From NCBI GenBank assembly GCA_002307015.1, contig DBTK01000131.1, forward strand, positions 723 through 64,722: DNA of 64,000 nt, written 5' to 3'. This stretch comes from Spirochaetaceae bacterium UBA1318 (GTDB lineage: Bacteria > Spirochaetota > Spirochaetia > Treponematales > UBA1318). A program made the translations under genes and the position numbers. The notes beneath the pieces were generated by a model. That model was not told where the DNA came from. It saw only the letters and a program-made list of their open reading frames with translations, and did no database searches. Position 1 is the first letter of the stretch. Every line of letters begins with the position of its first letter. This document shows, one piece after another, positions 44,835 through 53,826 of this stretch.

Positions 44835-45331
44835 TATTCCCGCTCCTTTCCCGGCTCGTCCGATACGTCCTCGATGGCGTTTTCCGTGGTGGAATCGGGC
44901 ATCCGGACCGTTCCCTCAGCGGAGGGAGGCTGATCTCGGGGGATCTCGACTCGCGGACGGGAAAGCGCGAGGACGGCGACGGCTATGGCGTCGCCCGCGC
45001 CGACGAGGACGGTCGCCCTGAATCGCGAGACGGTCGAGACGATGCTCCCGTCCGCTCCGGCCCTTCCCAGGACCGTGAAAACGAAGGCCACGGCCGCGAG
45101 AAGCGAGACGAGCTTCGCCGCGATCAGCAGGGGTCGGTACGGGGAATAGCGCCCGTAATCGAACCAGAGGAAAAAGAAGGCCGCCGCGAACAGTATCTGC
45201 GGGGCGAGGGCGAATACGGCGGTGCCGTAGCCCGCGGCCGACTGTGGCGCGCTCACGAAGGCGGCGACGATATAGAACCTGGCCAACTCCCAGGCCGCGA
45301 GGACGAGGAAGGCGAAGGGACGATGCTTCAT
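44834..45331 (-). CDS. Hypothetical 4-TM membrane protein
   Basis: 165 aa with four hydrophobic helices. Its stop TAG shares one nucleotide with the GTG start of the ATPase gene (TAGTG). Confidence 0.5.
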   Translation of the reverse strand: MKHRPFAFLVLAAWELARFYIVAAFVSAPQSAAGYGTAVFALAPQILFAAAFFFLWFDYGRYSPYRPLLIAAKLVSLLAAVAFVFTVLGRAGADGSIVSTVSRFRATVLVGAGDAIAVAVLALSRPRVEIPRDQPPSAEGTVRMPDSTTENAIEDVSDEPGKERE

Positions 45332-45401
45332 TTGTCTTGAGTGTACGTTTCAAGTCCTTGACGGTCAAGTATATCCGGCCGTTGGCGTCCCGTCGGCGTA
45401 G

Positions 45402-45429
45402 TTGACAAACCGCCTCCCGTATCTAGAAT
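45402..45429 (+). promoter_or_regulatory. Sigma-70-like promoter placed for a leaderless ctp transcript
   Basis: TTGACA (45402-45407), 16-nt spacer, TAGAAT (45424-45429). The A of ATG 45436 lies 7 nt after the -10 hexamer. Confidence 0.4.
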
Positions 45430-45435
45430 GTCGGT

Positions 45436-47013
45436 ATGAATACGAACAATACCCAGGAGGGCCACGGCCCTTCCCCAAAGAAGCCTCGTGGTCGGATGGC
45501 CTGGATAGCGATGACTGCCTTCCTTGCGGTTGGCGTCACCTGCCTGATGGTCGTTCCGAGCGCCTTCGCCCAGCAGTCCGAGAACGACAATCAACGATAC
45601 TTTATGATTTTCCAGAACGTGTTCAACTTCGTCCAGCAGAATTACGTCGATCAGGTCGATCCCCAGACCCTGTACGAGGGCGCCATGAAGGGTATGTTCG
45701 AAAGCCTGAAGGATCCCTATTCGGTCTACCTGGACAAATCGGCGTGGAGCGATATCAGCGACACGACGAACGGCAAGTTCGGGGGCGTGGGGCTGTTCAT
45801 CTCGAAGGCCGTCTCCACCGATCCGAAGAAGAAGGGCCAACCCGATTACGTCGAGATCATCTCCCCGATCGAGGATACGCCCGGATGGAGGGCCGGCCTC
45901 AAACCGGGGGATCTCATATTGACGGTGGAAAAGGAATCGACCGCCGATCTCGAGGTTGACAAGGTCGCCGACAAGCTTCGGGGCGACCCCGGCACCAGCG
46001 TCACCATCACGATCCGGCGGGGTGAGTCCCTCGAATTTCCGGTCACCCTCACCAGGGCCGTCATCGAGGTTCCGACCGTGAAGCGGGCCATGCTGCCCGG
46101 GGGGATCGGCTACCTCCGGATCATCCAGTTTTCGAGCCTCACCCCCGACAGGGTCCGCGAGGCCCTCGATTTCTTCAAGAAGAACGGCTACACCTCGATG
46201 ATCATCGACCTCAGGTCCGATCCGGGCGGAGTGCTCGGGGCCGTCGTCGACATCGCGGGAAACTTCCTTCAGGACGGCGTCGTCGTTTCCACCAAGTCCC
46301 GCGTCCTTTCCGAGAACCAGGAGATGGACGCGAGCGGCAAGCCGAGGGTGCCCCAGGACCTTCCGATCGTCGTCATGATCGACCGCGGTTCGGCGAGCGC
46401 CTCCGAGATCCTGGCCGGCGCCCTGAAGGACCACGACAGGGCCTATGTCATCGGCGAAAAGTCCTACGGAAAGGGGGTAGTCCAGCAGGTCTTCCCGCTC
46501 GGACCGAACTCCGGTTTCAAGCTGACCACCTCGCGGTACTACACCCCGAGCGGGGTGAACATCGACAAGAAGGGAATCGAGCCCGACCGCGAGGTCAAGG
46601 ATTCCGACCTGACCGACGCCGAGACCGCCTCGCTCAAGAAGCTGATCGACCAGAACTCGATCGCGGACTTCGTCAAGAAAAATCCGAAACCGTCCGCCGC
46701 CGAGGTCGACGCCTTCATCGCGAAGCTCAAGGCCGACGGCATTGTTCTCCGCGACCGTCTCCTCGAGCGTCTCGTCCGGGACGAGGCGAGGAGGACCGAG
46801 ATCGCCCCCGTCTACGACCTCGAGTACGACACGGTGCTGAAGGCGGCGGTGAACATCCTCACCAAGGAGGATTATCCCGCCCTGCTGAAATCGGTGAAGA
46901 CCCTGAAACAGGCCGCGGACGACAAGGCCGCCTCCGTCGCAGCCGCAAAGCCAGCGGACCAAGGTGCGACCGCCGCGACCGCCGGAGACTCCCCAACGGC
47001 AGCCGGCCAGTAG
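45436..47013 (+). CDS. ctp: Carboxyl-terminal processing protease (S41 family)
   Basis: Signal/TM AWIAMTAFLAVGVTCLMVVPSAFA, a PDZ region, IIDLRSDPGG and RGSASASEILAGALKD...GEKSYGKG. Confidence 0.92.
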   Translation: MNTNNTQEGHGPSPKKPRGRMAWIAMTAFLAVGVTCLMVVPSAFAQQSENDNQRYFMIFQNVFNFVQQNYVDQVDPQTLYEGAMKGMFESLKDPYSVYLDKSAWSDISDTTNGKFGGVGLFISKAVSTDPKKKGQPDYVEIISPIEDTPGWRAGLKPGDLILTVEKESTADLEVDKVADKLRGDPGTSVTITIRRGESLEFPVTLTRAVIEVPTVKRAMLPGGIGYLRIIQFSSLTPDRVREALDFFKKNGYTSMIIDLRSDPGGVLGAVVDIAGNFLQDGVVVSTKSRVLSENQEMDASGKPRVPQDLPIVVMIDRGSASASEILAGALKDHDRAYVIGEKSYGKGVVQQVFPLGPNSGFKLTTSRYYTPSGVNIDKKGIEPDREVKDSDLTDAETASLKKLIDQNSIADFVKKNPKPSAAEVDAFIAKLKADGIVLRDRLLERLVRDEARRTEIAPVYDLEYDTVLKAAVNILTKEDYPALLKSVKTLKQAADDKAASVAAAKPADQGATAATAGDSPTAAGQ

Positions 47014-47017
47014 GCCC

Positions 47018-47887
47018 ATGCGACAATTCCTTCTCCCCGCCACCTTCGGCGGGGAGCCCCGAATCGTGCTTTCGGACGGGGATTTCCGGTACCTCTGCCG
47101 CGTCCTGCGCCTGAAGGAAGGCGCCCGGCTTCCAGCCCGGGATTCGCACGGCAGGATGTGGACCCTCGAGCTTGAGTCCATTGGCCGCGACAGCTGCACC
47201 TGCAGGCTCGACGCCGTGGATCATGGCTCGGTTTCCGTAGGGGAAAAACCGGAAGCCGTCCTTCCCGATATCCGGGGAGGACGTGAGGAAGCCGCGGGCT
47301 CGCCCCGTGCCGACCCATGCCCCCTCGTGCTCTACCAGGGATTGCCCAAGGGTCAGAAGATGGACCTCATCGTACGCCAGGCGACCGAGGCGGGGGTTTC
47401 CATGATCGTCCCCCTCCGGTGCGAATTCAGCGTTTCGCGAATCGACCGGGACGAGGGCGGGGCGAAACGCGGGCGCTGGGAACGGGTGGTCCGCGAGGCG
47501 ATGCAGCAGAGCGGTTCTTCCGTCGCGACGGAGGTCGCCGAACCGATCGACATAGAGGAGGCTGCCGCCCATTGGCGAAGCCTCACGGGCTATCCCTCGG
47601 GGGATTTCCCGGCGTCCCGAGCCTTCCTTTTCCACCAGGAGCCCCTTGCGCGTTCTTCGCTGCATCGGTATCTTTATGAAAATCCTGTTCGCGTCGCCGT
47701 TGCCGTCGGCCCCGAAGGCGGTTTTTCGGAACGTGAGGTCGAATCCTTGACCGATTCCGGTTTCCTACCCGTTTTTCTCGGCGCTAACGTGCTTCGCGCT
47801 GAAACCGCGGCACTCTATGCAATCGCGGCGATTCGGATCATCTTGTTGGAGAAGCATTCGTGGACGACAACTTCGATAGAAAAGTGA
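47018..47887 (+). CDS. rsmE: 16S rRNA (uracil1498-N3)-methyltransferase
   Basis: Start MRQFLLP. RVLRLKEGARL (PUA-like N-terminus). C-terminal PEGGFSEREV...LGANVLRAETAALYAI. Confidence 0.85.
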   Translation: MRQFLLPATFGGEPRIVLSDGDFRYLCRVLRLKEGARLPARDSHGRMWTLELESIGRDSCTCRLDAVDHGSVSVGEKPEAVLPDIRGGREEAAGSPRADPCPLVLYQGLPKGQKMDLIVRQATEAGVSMIVPLRCEFSVSRIDRDEGGAKRGRWERVVREAMQQSGSSVATEVAEPIDIEEAAAHWRSLTGYPSGDFPASRAFLFHQEPLARSSLHRYLYENPVRVAVAVGPEGGFSEREVESLTDSGFLPVFLGANVLRAETAALYAIAAIRIILLEKHSWTTTSIEK

Positions 47888-48621
47888 AACCCCGGCGCAT
47901 TACCATCCTGAAAGTGCCGGTCGACATCCTGCCGCCGGAAGACATCGAGCCCTACCTCAAGGGGCTCATGGCCGACCAGAAAAATCACCAGATCGTACTC
48001 CTTTCCATCTGGGATCTGATGCGCGCCAGACGGAACGCCGAATACCGCGCCCTGGTGCAGAACGCCAGCCTTGTGCTGCCGATTTCCATGAGCGTCCTCA
48101 AGGGTGCCCGATTCCTCAAGTACGACATCCCCGTCCGCTGGATGCCCTTCGATTTCATCATCGCCACCATGAGGGTTCTCGAGCGATGGGGAAAGTCGCT
48201 CTACCTCTTCGGCGCCCAGAAAAAGGTCCTCCAGCTCGCGGAAAAGAACATCAAGCAGACCTTCCCCGGCCTGAAGGTCGTCGGCCGTTACCAGGGATAC
48301 TATCCCCGGACGGTGGAGCCCGCGATTATCCAGGCCGTCCAGAAATCGACGCCCACCCTGCTGATGGTCGGTGCCGGCGTGCCTGGCAAGGAAAAGTGGA
48401 TTCAGCGGAACATGAAGCATTTCCAGTCGGGTCTCTACCTCTGGGTCAGCGATTGTTTCGACGTTTTCGCCGAGAAAAAGAAACGGGCTTCGAAGGAAAC
48501 CTTCCGGAAGGGGCTTGAAAGCGTCCCCTATTCCGTTCGGAAACCCTGGAAGATTTTCCGTATTTTCATCTTCGTGTACTTCAAAATCCTTCTCGTCATT
48601 TACAGGATCCGCAAGATGTAA
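47860..48621 (+). CDS. WecB/TagA/CpsF-family (GT26) glycosyltransferase
   Basis: GTG start. ILKVPVDIL, NASLVLPISMSVLKGARFL, YLFGAQKKVLQLA and LLMVGAGVPGKEKWI. It overlaps rsmE by 28 nt. Confidence 0.8.
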   Translation: MDDNFDRKVKPRRITILKVPVDILPPEDIEPYLKGLMADQKNHQIVLLSIWDLMRARRNAEYRALVQNASLVLPISMSVLKGARFLKYDIPVRWMPFDFIIATMRVLERWGKSLYLFGAQKKVLQLAEKNIKQTFPGLKVVGRYQGYYPRTVEPAIIQAVQKSTPTLLMVGAGVPGKEKWIQRNMKHFQSGLYLWVSDCFDVFAEKKKRASKETFRKGLESVPYSVRKPWKIFRIFIFVYFKILLVIYRIRKM

Positions 48622-48659
48622 CTATACTTTACCGTGCGGCTTGGGGCCGGCGGTGGAGT

Positions 48660-49784
48660 ATGAGGAAAATACTGGTAGTCGACGACGATCTTTCCCTCCA
48701 TGAGTCCCTGGTCGGGATCCTGAGGGAAGAGTGGGTCCTGACCTCCTGCACCGGCGCGTCGAAGGCGATACGCCTCCTCAGGGAGGAGACGTACGATGCG
48801 GTTCTGCTCGATATAGCCCTTCCCGACCAGTCCGGCCTGACCGTCCTCGACGAGAGGCGGAGCTTCAAGTCCCAGAGCCCGATCATCATGCTCACGGCCT
48901 ATTCCGACGTATCGACCATATTCGAGGCGTCCAAGCGCGGCGCCGACGACTTTCTCGCCAAACCCTATTCGATCGACTGCCTCAAGAATACCCTCCGTGC
49001 CGCCGCCACCGGTTATGCCGCCAGGCGCGCCGCCGAGGAGAGCGAGTTCGGCGACTTCGTCGGCATGAGCGATTCCATCGTCGCGATAAAGCGGCAGGTC
49101 GGCATCTACGCCCGGGTGAACCACACGGTCCTCATCTGCGGGGAAAGCGGGACCGGCAAGGAGGTCGTCGCGAAGGCGATCCATCGGCTGTCCCCGCGGA
49201 GGTCAGGCAAGCTTATACGGTTGAACATAGCCGCCATTCCCCTCAACATGCTTGAATCCGAGCTTTTCGGGAGCGAGCGGGGCGCCTTCACGGACGCGGT
49301 ATCGCGTCCCGGGTGCTTCGAGGAGGCTGCCGGCGGAACCCTCTTTCTCGACGAGATCGGCGACCTCGATGAGGGCGCCCAGATCAGGCTGCTCAGGGTT
49401 CTCGAGGACAAGTCGGTTCGGAGGCTGGGCGGGCAACGCGACATTCCCGTGGATGTTCGCATCATCTTCGCGACCAACCAGGACCTGCCCGGGATGGTGA
49501 AGGCCCATAAATTTCGCCAGGACCTGTTCTACCGGGTGAATATCCTCCCGATCACCCTTCCGCCGCTCAGGGAACGCGAGGGTGATGTGCTCGTCCTTGC
49601 CGAGTATTTTCTCAACGGGTGCGGAAAGACCAGCCACGATATCGATGACCTGGCGATCGAACGTCTTCTGGCCCACGATTGGCCCGGAAACGTCAGGGAA
49701 CTGAAGGCCGTCATCGAGCGCGCGGCCCTGTTGAGCGGTTCCGGAAGGATCCGTTCCGAACACATCCTGACGGTCCGGTTCTAG
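48660..49784 (+). CDS. Response regulator with sigma-54-interaction AAA+ domain but no DNA-binding domain
   Basis: Receiver (ILVVDDD..., LLDIALPDQSG), Walker A GESGTGKE, Walker B LFLDEIG and ESELFGSERGAFTDA. The protein ends 30 aa after NVRELKAVIERA at a TAG that overlaps a convergent gene. Confidence 0.85.
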   Translation: MRKILVVDDDLSLHESLVGILREEWVLTSCTGASKAIRLLREETYDAVLLDIALPDQSGLTVLDERRSFKSQSPIIMLTAYSDVSTIFEASKRGADDFLAKPYSIDCLKNTLRAAATGYAARRAAEESEFGDFVGMSDSIVAIKRQVGIYARVNHTVLICGESGTGKEVVAKAIHRLSPRRSGKLIRLNIAAIPLNMLESELFGSERGAFTDAVSRPGCFEEAAGGTLFLDEIGDLDEGAQIRLLRVLEDKSVRRLGGQRDIPVDVRIIFATNQDLPGMVKAHKFRQDLFYRVNILPITLPPLREREGDVLVLAEYFLNGCGKTSHDIDDLAIERLLAHDWPGNVRELKAVIERAALLSGSGRIRSEHILTVRF

Positions 49785-50287
49785 TCCAGCCGCCTGATCT
49801 TGTAGGCCTTGATGACGGCGACGTTTCCGGTTCCGGAGTAGTCTTCCGCGAGGCCTTCGTACCTGCCGATGACCAGTACCCGTGATGAGAGGGAAATGTG
49901 ATTTTCCGGGAGCGCGCTCTTGGAAAAGAAGGCGGCGAATTCCTGCCCCTGGAAGACGACATAGCATCGGTAGAACTCGACCCGTTCGAGACCTTTCCAC
50001 GCGCCGTTTGCGAGTTCCGCCTCGGCGATGAACGATGAGGCATCGTCGGACCGCACGGTGATGGAACGGATCATTCCGTCGACCATCAGGAGCTTGTCGC
50101 GGGGAAGGGCGTTTTCGCTCCCGTTCTCGGCCGCCATCTGAAGCTCGGGAAGACCGATGGAGAAATCGACGGCCTGGGAGAACAGGGCCTCCGGTTCGGG
50201 CTTGGCCGCCTTTTTGGGAGCCGCCATAACGGCCGGTACGAGGAGAAGGGTCGATGACAGAATCAGGGGAATGAGAAATCTTCTCAT
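49781..50287 (-). CDS. Secreted hypothetical protein
   Basis: 168 aa with signal peptide MRRFLIPLILSSTLLLVPAVMA. No recognisable family. Confidence 0.5.
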   Translation of the reverse strand: MRRFLIPLILSSTLLLVPAVMAAPKKAAKPEPEALFSQAVDFSIGLPELQMAAENGSENALPRDKLLMVDGMIRSITVRSDDASSFIAEAELANGAWKGLERVEFYRCYVVFQGQEFAAFFSKSALPENHISLSSRVLVIGRYEGLAEDYSGTGNVAVIKAYKIRRLD

Positions 50288-50366
50288 ACTGGTAAACCTC
50301 CCGTTTTCAAATCTACCATGATTAGCGAGGATTATACCGTTGAAGCCCGTGTAGGGATACCGTCGC

Positions 50367-51089
50367 TCATTGGGGATTTCCTTTCAGGTGCTCGATCTTG
50401 TTGAAAAGGTACTCCAGATAATCCAGCTCTCCCTTGCTCAAGGCCGCCCGGGCGAAAATATCGCGCAAGGTCTTTCTCGTGTCTTCGGGATTTCCCTGCT
50501 TGTGGAATCCGATCGCCTTGAGGTTCCCGAGGATGCCCTCCGACAGACCCTCCACCTGGGCGAGGGACACCGGCTGATAGCTCGCCGATTGTCCACCCGT
50601 CGCGTGCCGGAAGAGCTCGTAGGCGATCACCTGGACGGCGTGTGAGAGGTTGAGCGAGGGGAAGAGCTCGGAAGAGGGTATGTGGACGGCCAGGGGACAG
50701 AGGGAAATCTCCTCGTCGGAGAGGCCCGTCCTTTCGCAGCCGAAAACGACCGCGATGTCCCCGTCGGGAAGCGACCAGGCCTTCTCGGCGAAGTCCTCGG
50801 GAAGGAAGGAAAACCGCTTGCGCTTTTCGCCTCGTCGCCTGGTGATCCCCGCCGCGATCGCGACGTCGGCGAGGGCCTCCCTCAGGGTCGGAACGATTTC
50901 CGCCTTCTCGAATACGTCGAAGGCATGGACCGAGAATATCCGGACCTGTTCCGGGTCGATGTTTTCCGCGCCGGCTATGCAGAGCCGGGTGAATCCCATC
51001 GTTTTCATCGCCCTGCAGGCGAATCCGATGTTTCCGCTTTCGGATGGACGGGCGAGGACGAATTTGAAGCGCTCGAAGTTGTATTCCAT
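50367..51089 (-). CDS. trmJ: SpoU/TrmH-family tRNA 2'-O-methyltransferase, TrmJ-like
   Basis: SESGNIGFACRAMKTMGF, VFGCERTGLSDEE and PSLNLSHAVQVIAYE align by eye with E. coli TrmJ motifs. Confidence 0.8.
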   Translation of the reverse strand: MEYNFERFKFVLARPSESGNIGFACRAMKTMGFTRLCIAGAENIDPEQVRIFSVHAFDVFEKAEIVPTLREALADVAIAAGITRRRGEKRKRFSFLPEDFAEKAWSLPDGDIAVVFGCERTGLSDEEISLCPLAVHIPSSELFPSLNLSHAVQVIAYELFRHATGGQSASYQPVSLAQVEGLSEGILGNLKAIGFHKQGNPEDTRKTLRDIFARAALSKGELDYLEYLFNKIEHLKGNPQ

Positions 51090-51201
51090 GATTTCCGGTC
51101 CTGGTCGGATTTGGCCGGATGCTGAAACCGCAGGGGTTCAGCATGCCGTCCGAGATTGAAGCAAAGTCGTTTTGTGCATAGACTGTCAAGCGGGGGTTCC
51201 G

Positions 51202-51957
51202 ATGGTTTCAACCGGATCGGCTGATGGCAGGAAACTGGCTGGCAGGAAGGCCGTCGTGATCGGCGGCACCGGGGGCATAGGCTCCGCGATGAGCCTCGCC
51301 CTGGCCGAGGCCGGGGCCCATGTTTTCGTGACCGGGGGAAGGTCCCTCCCAAGGCTCGAATCCCTTCTGGAGAGGATCCGCGGTATCGGTGGCTCGGCCG
51401 ATGGCGAGCTTCTCGCGATCGACACTCCCGCCGACGTTTCTTCGGCGGCGGAACTCGCCGCGAATGCGGATATCCTCGTCGTCGCGTACGGGCCCTTCCT
51501 GCAGAAGCCCCTTGCCGAGACTGAGGCCGATGACTGGGGACGAATGGCCCTCCTGGACCTCGCGCTTCCGGGAAGCTGCGTTTCATCCGCACTGCCCGGC
51601 ATGGTCTCCAGGGGCTACGGCCGCATCGTGCTTTTCGGCGGCACGGGAACCGATCTTCCGCGGGCGGTGGAGACGAATTGCGCCTATGCCGCCGCGAAGG
51701 CGGGACTCTCAACCCTCGTCAAGTCGGTGGCCGCCTCCTTTGGACCGAAAAACGTGGCGGCCCTGCTCATCTGCCCCGGGTTCACCGATACCGAGTATCT
51801 TTCCCCGGATGAGAAACGGGAGCTTGAGGCACGCATGCCCGGCGGAAGGCTCATCAATACCGGGGAAATTGCCGGAATCGGCGTCGAATTTGTCACGCAG
51901 GAGAGGGCCGTCGTGAACGGAGCCAGCCTTTCCGTCGATTGCGGAAAAAAATACTGA
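51202..51957 (+). CDS. Short-chain dehydrogenase/reductase
   Basis: VIGGTGGIGSA cofactor loop and YAAAKAG catalytic motif. The start is chosen at ATG 51202; a GTG at 51172 is also possible. Confidence 0.8.
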   Translation: MVSTGSADGRKLAGRKAVVIGGTGGIGSAMSLALAEAGAHVFVTGGRSLPRLESLLERIRGIGGSADGELLAIDTPADVSSAAELAANADILVVAYGPFLQKPLAETEADDWGRMALLDLALPGSCVSSALPGMVSRGYGRIVLFGGTGTDLPRAVETNCAYAAAKAGLSTLVKSVAASFGPKNVAALLICPGFTDTEYLSPDEKRELEARMPGGRLINTGEIAGIGVEFVTQERAVVNGASLSVDCGKKY

Positions 51958-52018
51958 TCCGGCCCCCCTAGACTTCCGAAAATGGGTTATATTGGTGGAT
52001 GATACGGCGTAAGGACAT

Positions 52019-52047
52019 TTGACAAATGCATTGAAGCCTAATAATAT
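52019..52047 (+). promoter_or_regulatory. Near-consensus sigma-70 promoter for the STAS-PspA operon
   Basis: TTGACA (52019-52024), 17-nt spacer, TAATAT (52042-52047). AAAGGAG lies 5 nt before ATG 52096. Confidence 0.55.
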
Positions 52048-52095
52048 ACTTAAATTAAAGTATTGTTCTTGTCGGATGGAGTCTAAAGGAGCGCC

Positions 52096-52647
52096 ATGAC
52101 CAATAACGAGATCGTACCGGGTTTCGATGACGAAAAAGACGATAGCCTGAAGATTCGGCTTCAGAAAGCCGACAACGCGAATGGCTGTCTGATCCTTTTC
52201 CTCACCGGCTATATCGATACCTACAACTCAAACTTTTTTCAGAAGCGCGTTTCCAAGGCCATCGAGGCGGGATTCATCAGGCTGATCTTTCACTGCGGCG
52301 GCCTCAACTACGTCTCCTCAACCGGCATCGGTTCGTTCACGGCGTTCCTGAAAAATGTGAAGCCCCGGGGGGGGGACATCGTCCTTCTTGAAATACAGCC
52401 GAAGGTATATGAGGTTTTCCAGCTTCTTGGATTTTCCCAATTCTTCAACATCAAGGACAATCTGGACGAGGCGGTCGACTTTTTCCTGCGTGGGGATCAG
52501 ACGGGCAAGACGGATATCTTCCCGAAAATTTTCGCCTGTCCCATCTGCTCGAAAAAACTGAAAGCGACGAAAGCGGGACGTTTCCGGTGTTCGGAATGCA
52601 AGACGATTCTCGCGATCGACGCGAACGGTCAGGTCTTCCTGGGATAA
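52096..52647 (+). CDS. STAS-domain (anti-sigma-factor-antagonist-like) protein fused to a C-terminal zinc ribbon
   Basis: LFLTGYIDTYN...HCGGLNYVSSTGIGSF (conserved Ser position)...VFQLLGF. The C-terminus has CPICSKK...CSECK (two CxxC pairs). Confidence 0.75.
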   Translation: MTNNEIVPGFDDEKDDSLKIRLQKADNANGCLILFLTGYIDTYNSNFFQKRVSKAIEAGFIRLIFHCGGLNYVSSTGIGSFTAFLKNVKPRGGDIVLLEIQPKVYEVFQLLGFSQFFNIKDNLDEAVDFFLRGDQTGKTDIFPKIFACPICSKKLKATKAGRFRCSECKTILAIDANGQVFLG

Positions 52648-52696
52648 CCCTCACCATTCCGTGCAATCAGCCACTCGTCGTATCAAGGAGGACGCG

Positions 52697-53083
52697 ATGC
52701 CCGAGTTGAGCAAGATAGAAACGTACCTCGTCGACCTAAACCTGAAGTACAGAGAGATCGCTCCGAACGGATGGCTGATCAACGACGACTCGAGGGGGCT
52801 GGAAGAGACTCTCGTGATGTTCGTGGCGCCTCTGGTCATCGTGCGCGTGAAGATCATGGATTTGCCGACGTCGCGCCGCGAGGAATTCTACGAGCAGCTC
52901 CTGCGGTACAATGTCGTCGATCTGGTTCACGGGGCCTACGGGATCGACGGGAGCGACGTGATCCTGATCGACACCCTGGAATACGATTCGTTGAAGAAAG
53001 AGGAGCTGGAGGCATCGCTCGATGCGGTCGCTCTCGCCCTCAATAGACATTATCCAGTCCTTTCAAAATATAGAGACAAGTAA
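52697..53083 (+). CDS. Small acidic protein, YbjN/T3SS-chaperone-like (PspA-associated)
   Basis: Start at ATG 52697 after AAGGAGG. 128 aa. The family assignment rests on general resemblance only. Confidence 0.4.
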   Translation: MPELSKIETYLVDLNLKYREIAPNGWLINDDSRGLEETLVMFVAPLVIVRVKIMDLPTSRREEFYEQLLRYNVVDLVHGAYGIDGSDVILIDTLEYDSLKKEELEASLDAVALALNRHYPVLSKYRDK

Positions 53084-53094
53084 GGGAGGCCGGC

Positions 53095-53793
53095 ATGGGA
53101 ATTTTCCAGCGATTAAAAACGGTCGTTTCGTCAAACATCAACGACCTGATCAATAAATCCGAGAATCCGGAGAAGATGCTCAATCAGCTCCTGATCGACA
53201 TGAACGAGCAGATGATCGAGGCGAAAAAGGCGGTCGCCATGGCCATCGCCGACGAGAAGAAGCTCGAGCGGGAGATGATCGCCCAGCAGGACGCCTCGAA
53301 GGATTGGGAACGGAAGGCCATGCTTGCCGTTCGCGCCCAGAAGGACGACCTGGCGAGGGAAGCCCTGCTGCGCAAGCAGGAAGCCGAGAATTTCTACCTC
53401 GAGTACAAGAAACAGTGGGAAGCCCAGAAGGAATCCGTCGTCAAGCTCAAGGAATCCCTCCGTGAGCTCCAGAGCAAGATCGACGAGGCAGCACGGAAGA
53501 AAAACCTGCTTATCGCGAGGGCGAAGCGCGCCGAAGCCCAGCAGAAGATCCAGAGCACGATGTCGAGCGTTTCCAACACGAGCGCCTTCGAGGCCTTCGA
53601 CCGCATGGCGAGCAAGGTCGACCAGATCGAAGCCGAGGCCGAGGCGAGCAAGGAACTCGAGGATGCGACGAGCGGGGCAGACCTCAACAAGCAGTTCAAG
53701 GAATTGGAAAAGTCCTCTTCCAGCGCCGACCTCCTTCTCGATGAGCTGAAAGCCAAGATGATCGAAGAGGATGCCGGAAAGACCGGCCGATAG
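53095..53793 (+). CDS. pspA: PspA/IM30-family protein
   Basis: MGIFQRLKTVVSSNINDLINKSENPEKMLNQLLIDMNEQ is the canonical PspA N-terminus. The rest of the 232 aa is coiled coil. Confidence 0.9.
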   Translation: MGIFQRLKTVVSSNINDLINKSENPEKMLNQLLIDMNEQMIEAKKAVAMAIADEKKLEREMIAQQDASKDWERKAMLAVRAQKDDLAREALLRKQEAENFYLEYKKQWEAQKESVVKLKESLRELQSKIDEAARKKNLLIARAKRAEAQQKIQSTMSSVSNTSAFEAFDRMASKVDQIEAEAEASKELEDATSGADLNKQFKELEKSSSSADLLLDELKAKMIEEDAGKTGR

Positions 53794-53826
53794 TACCGCC
53801 GCCTGAAGCCGGCCTGCCCGCTCGTC

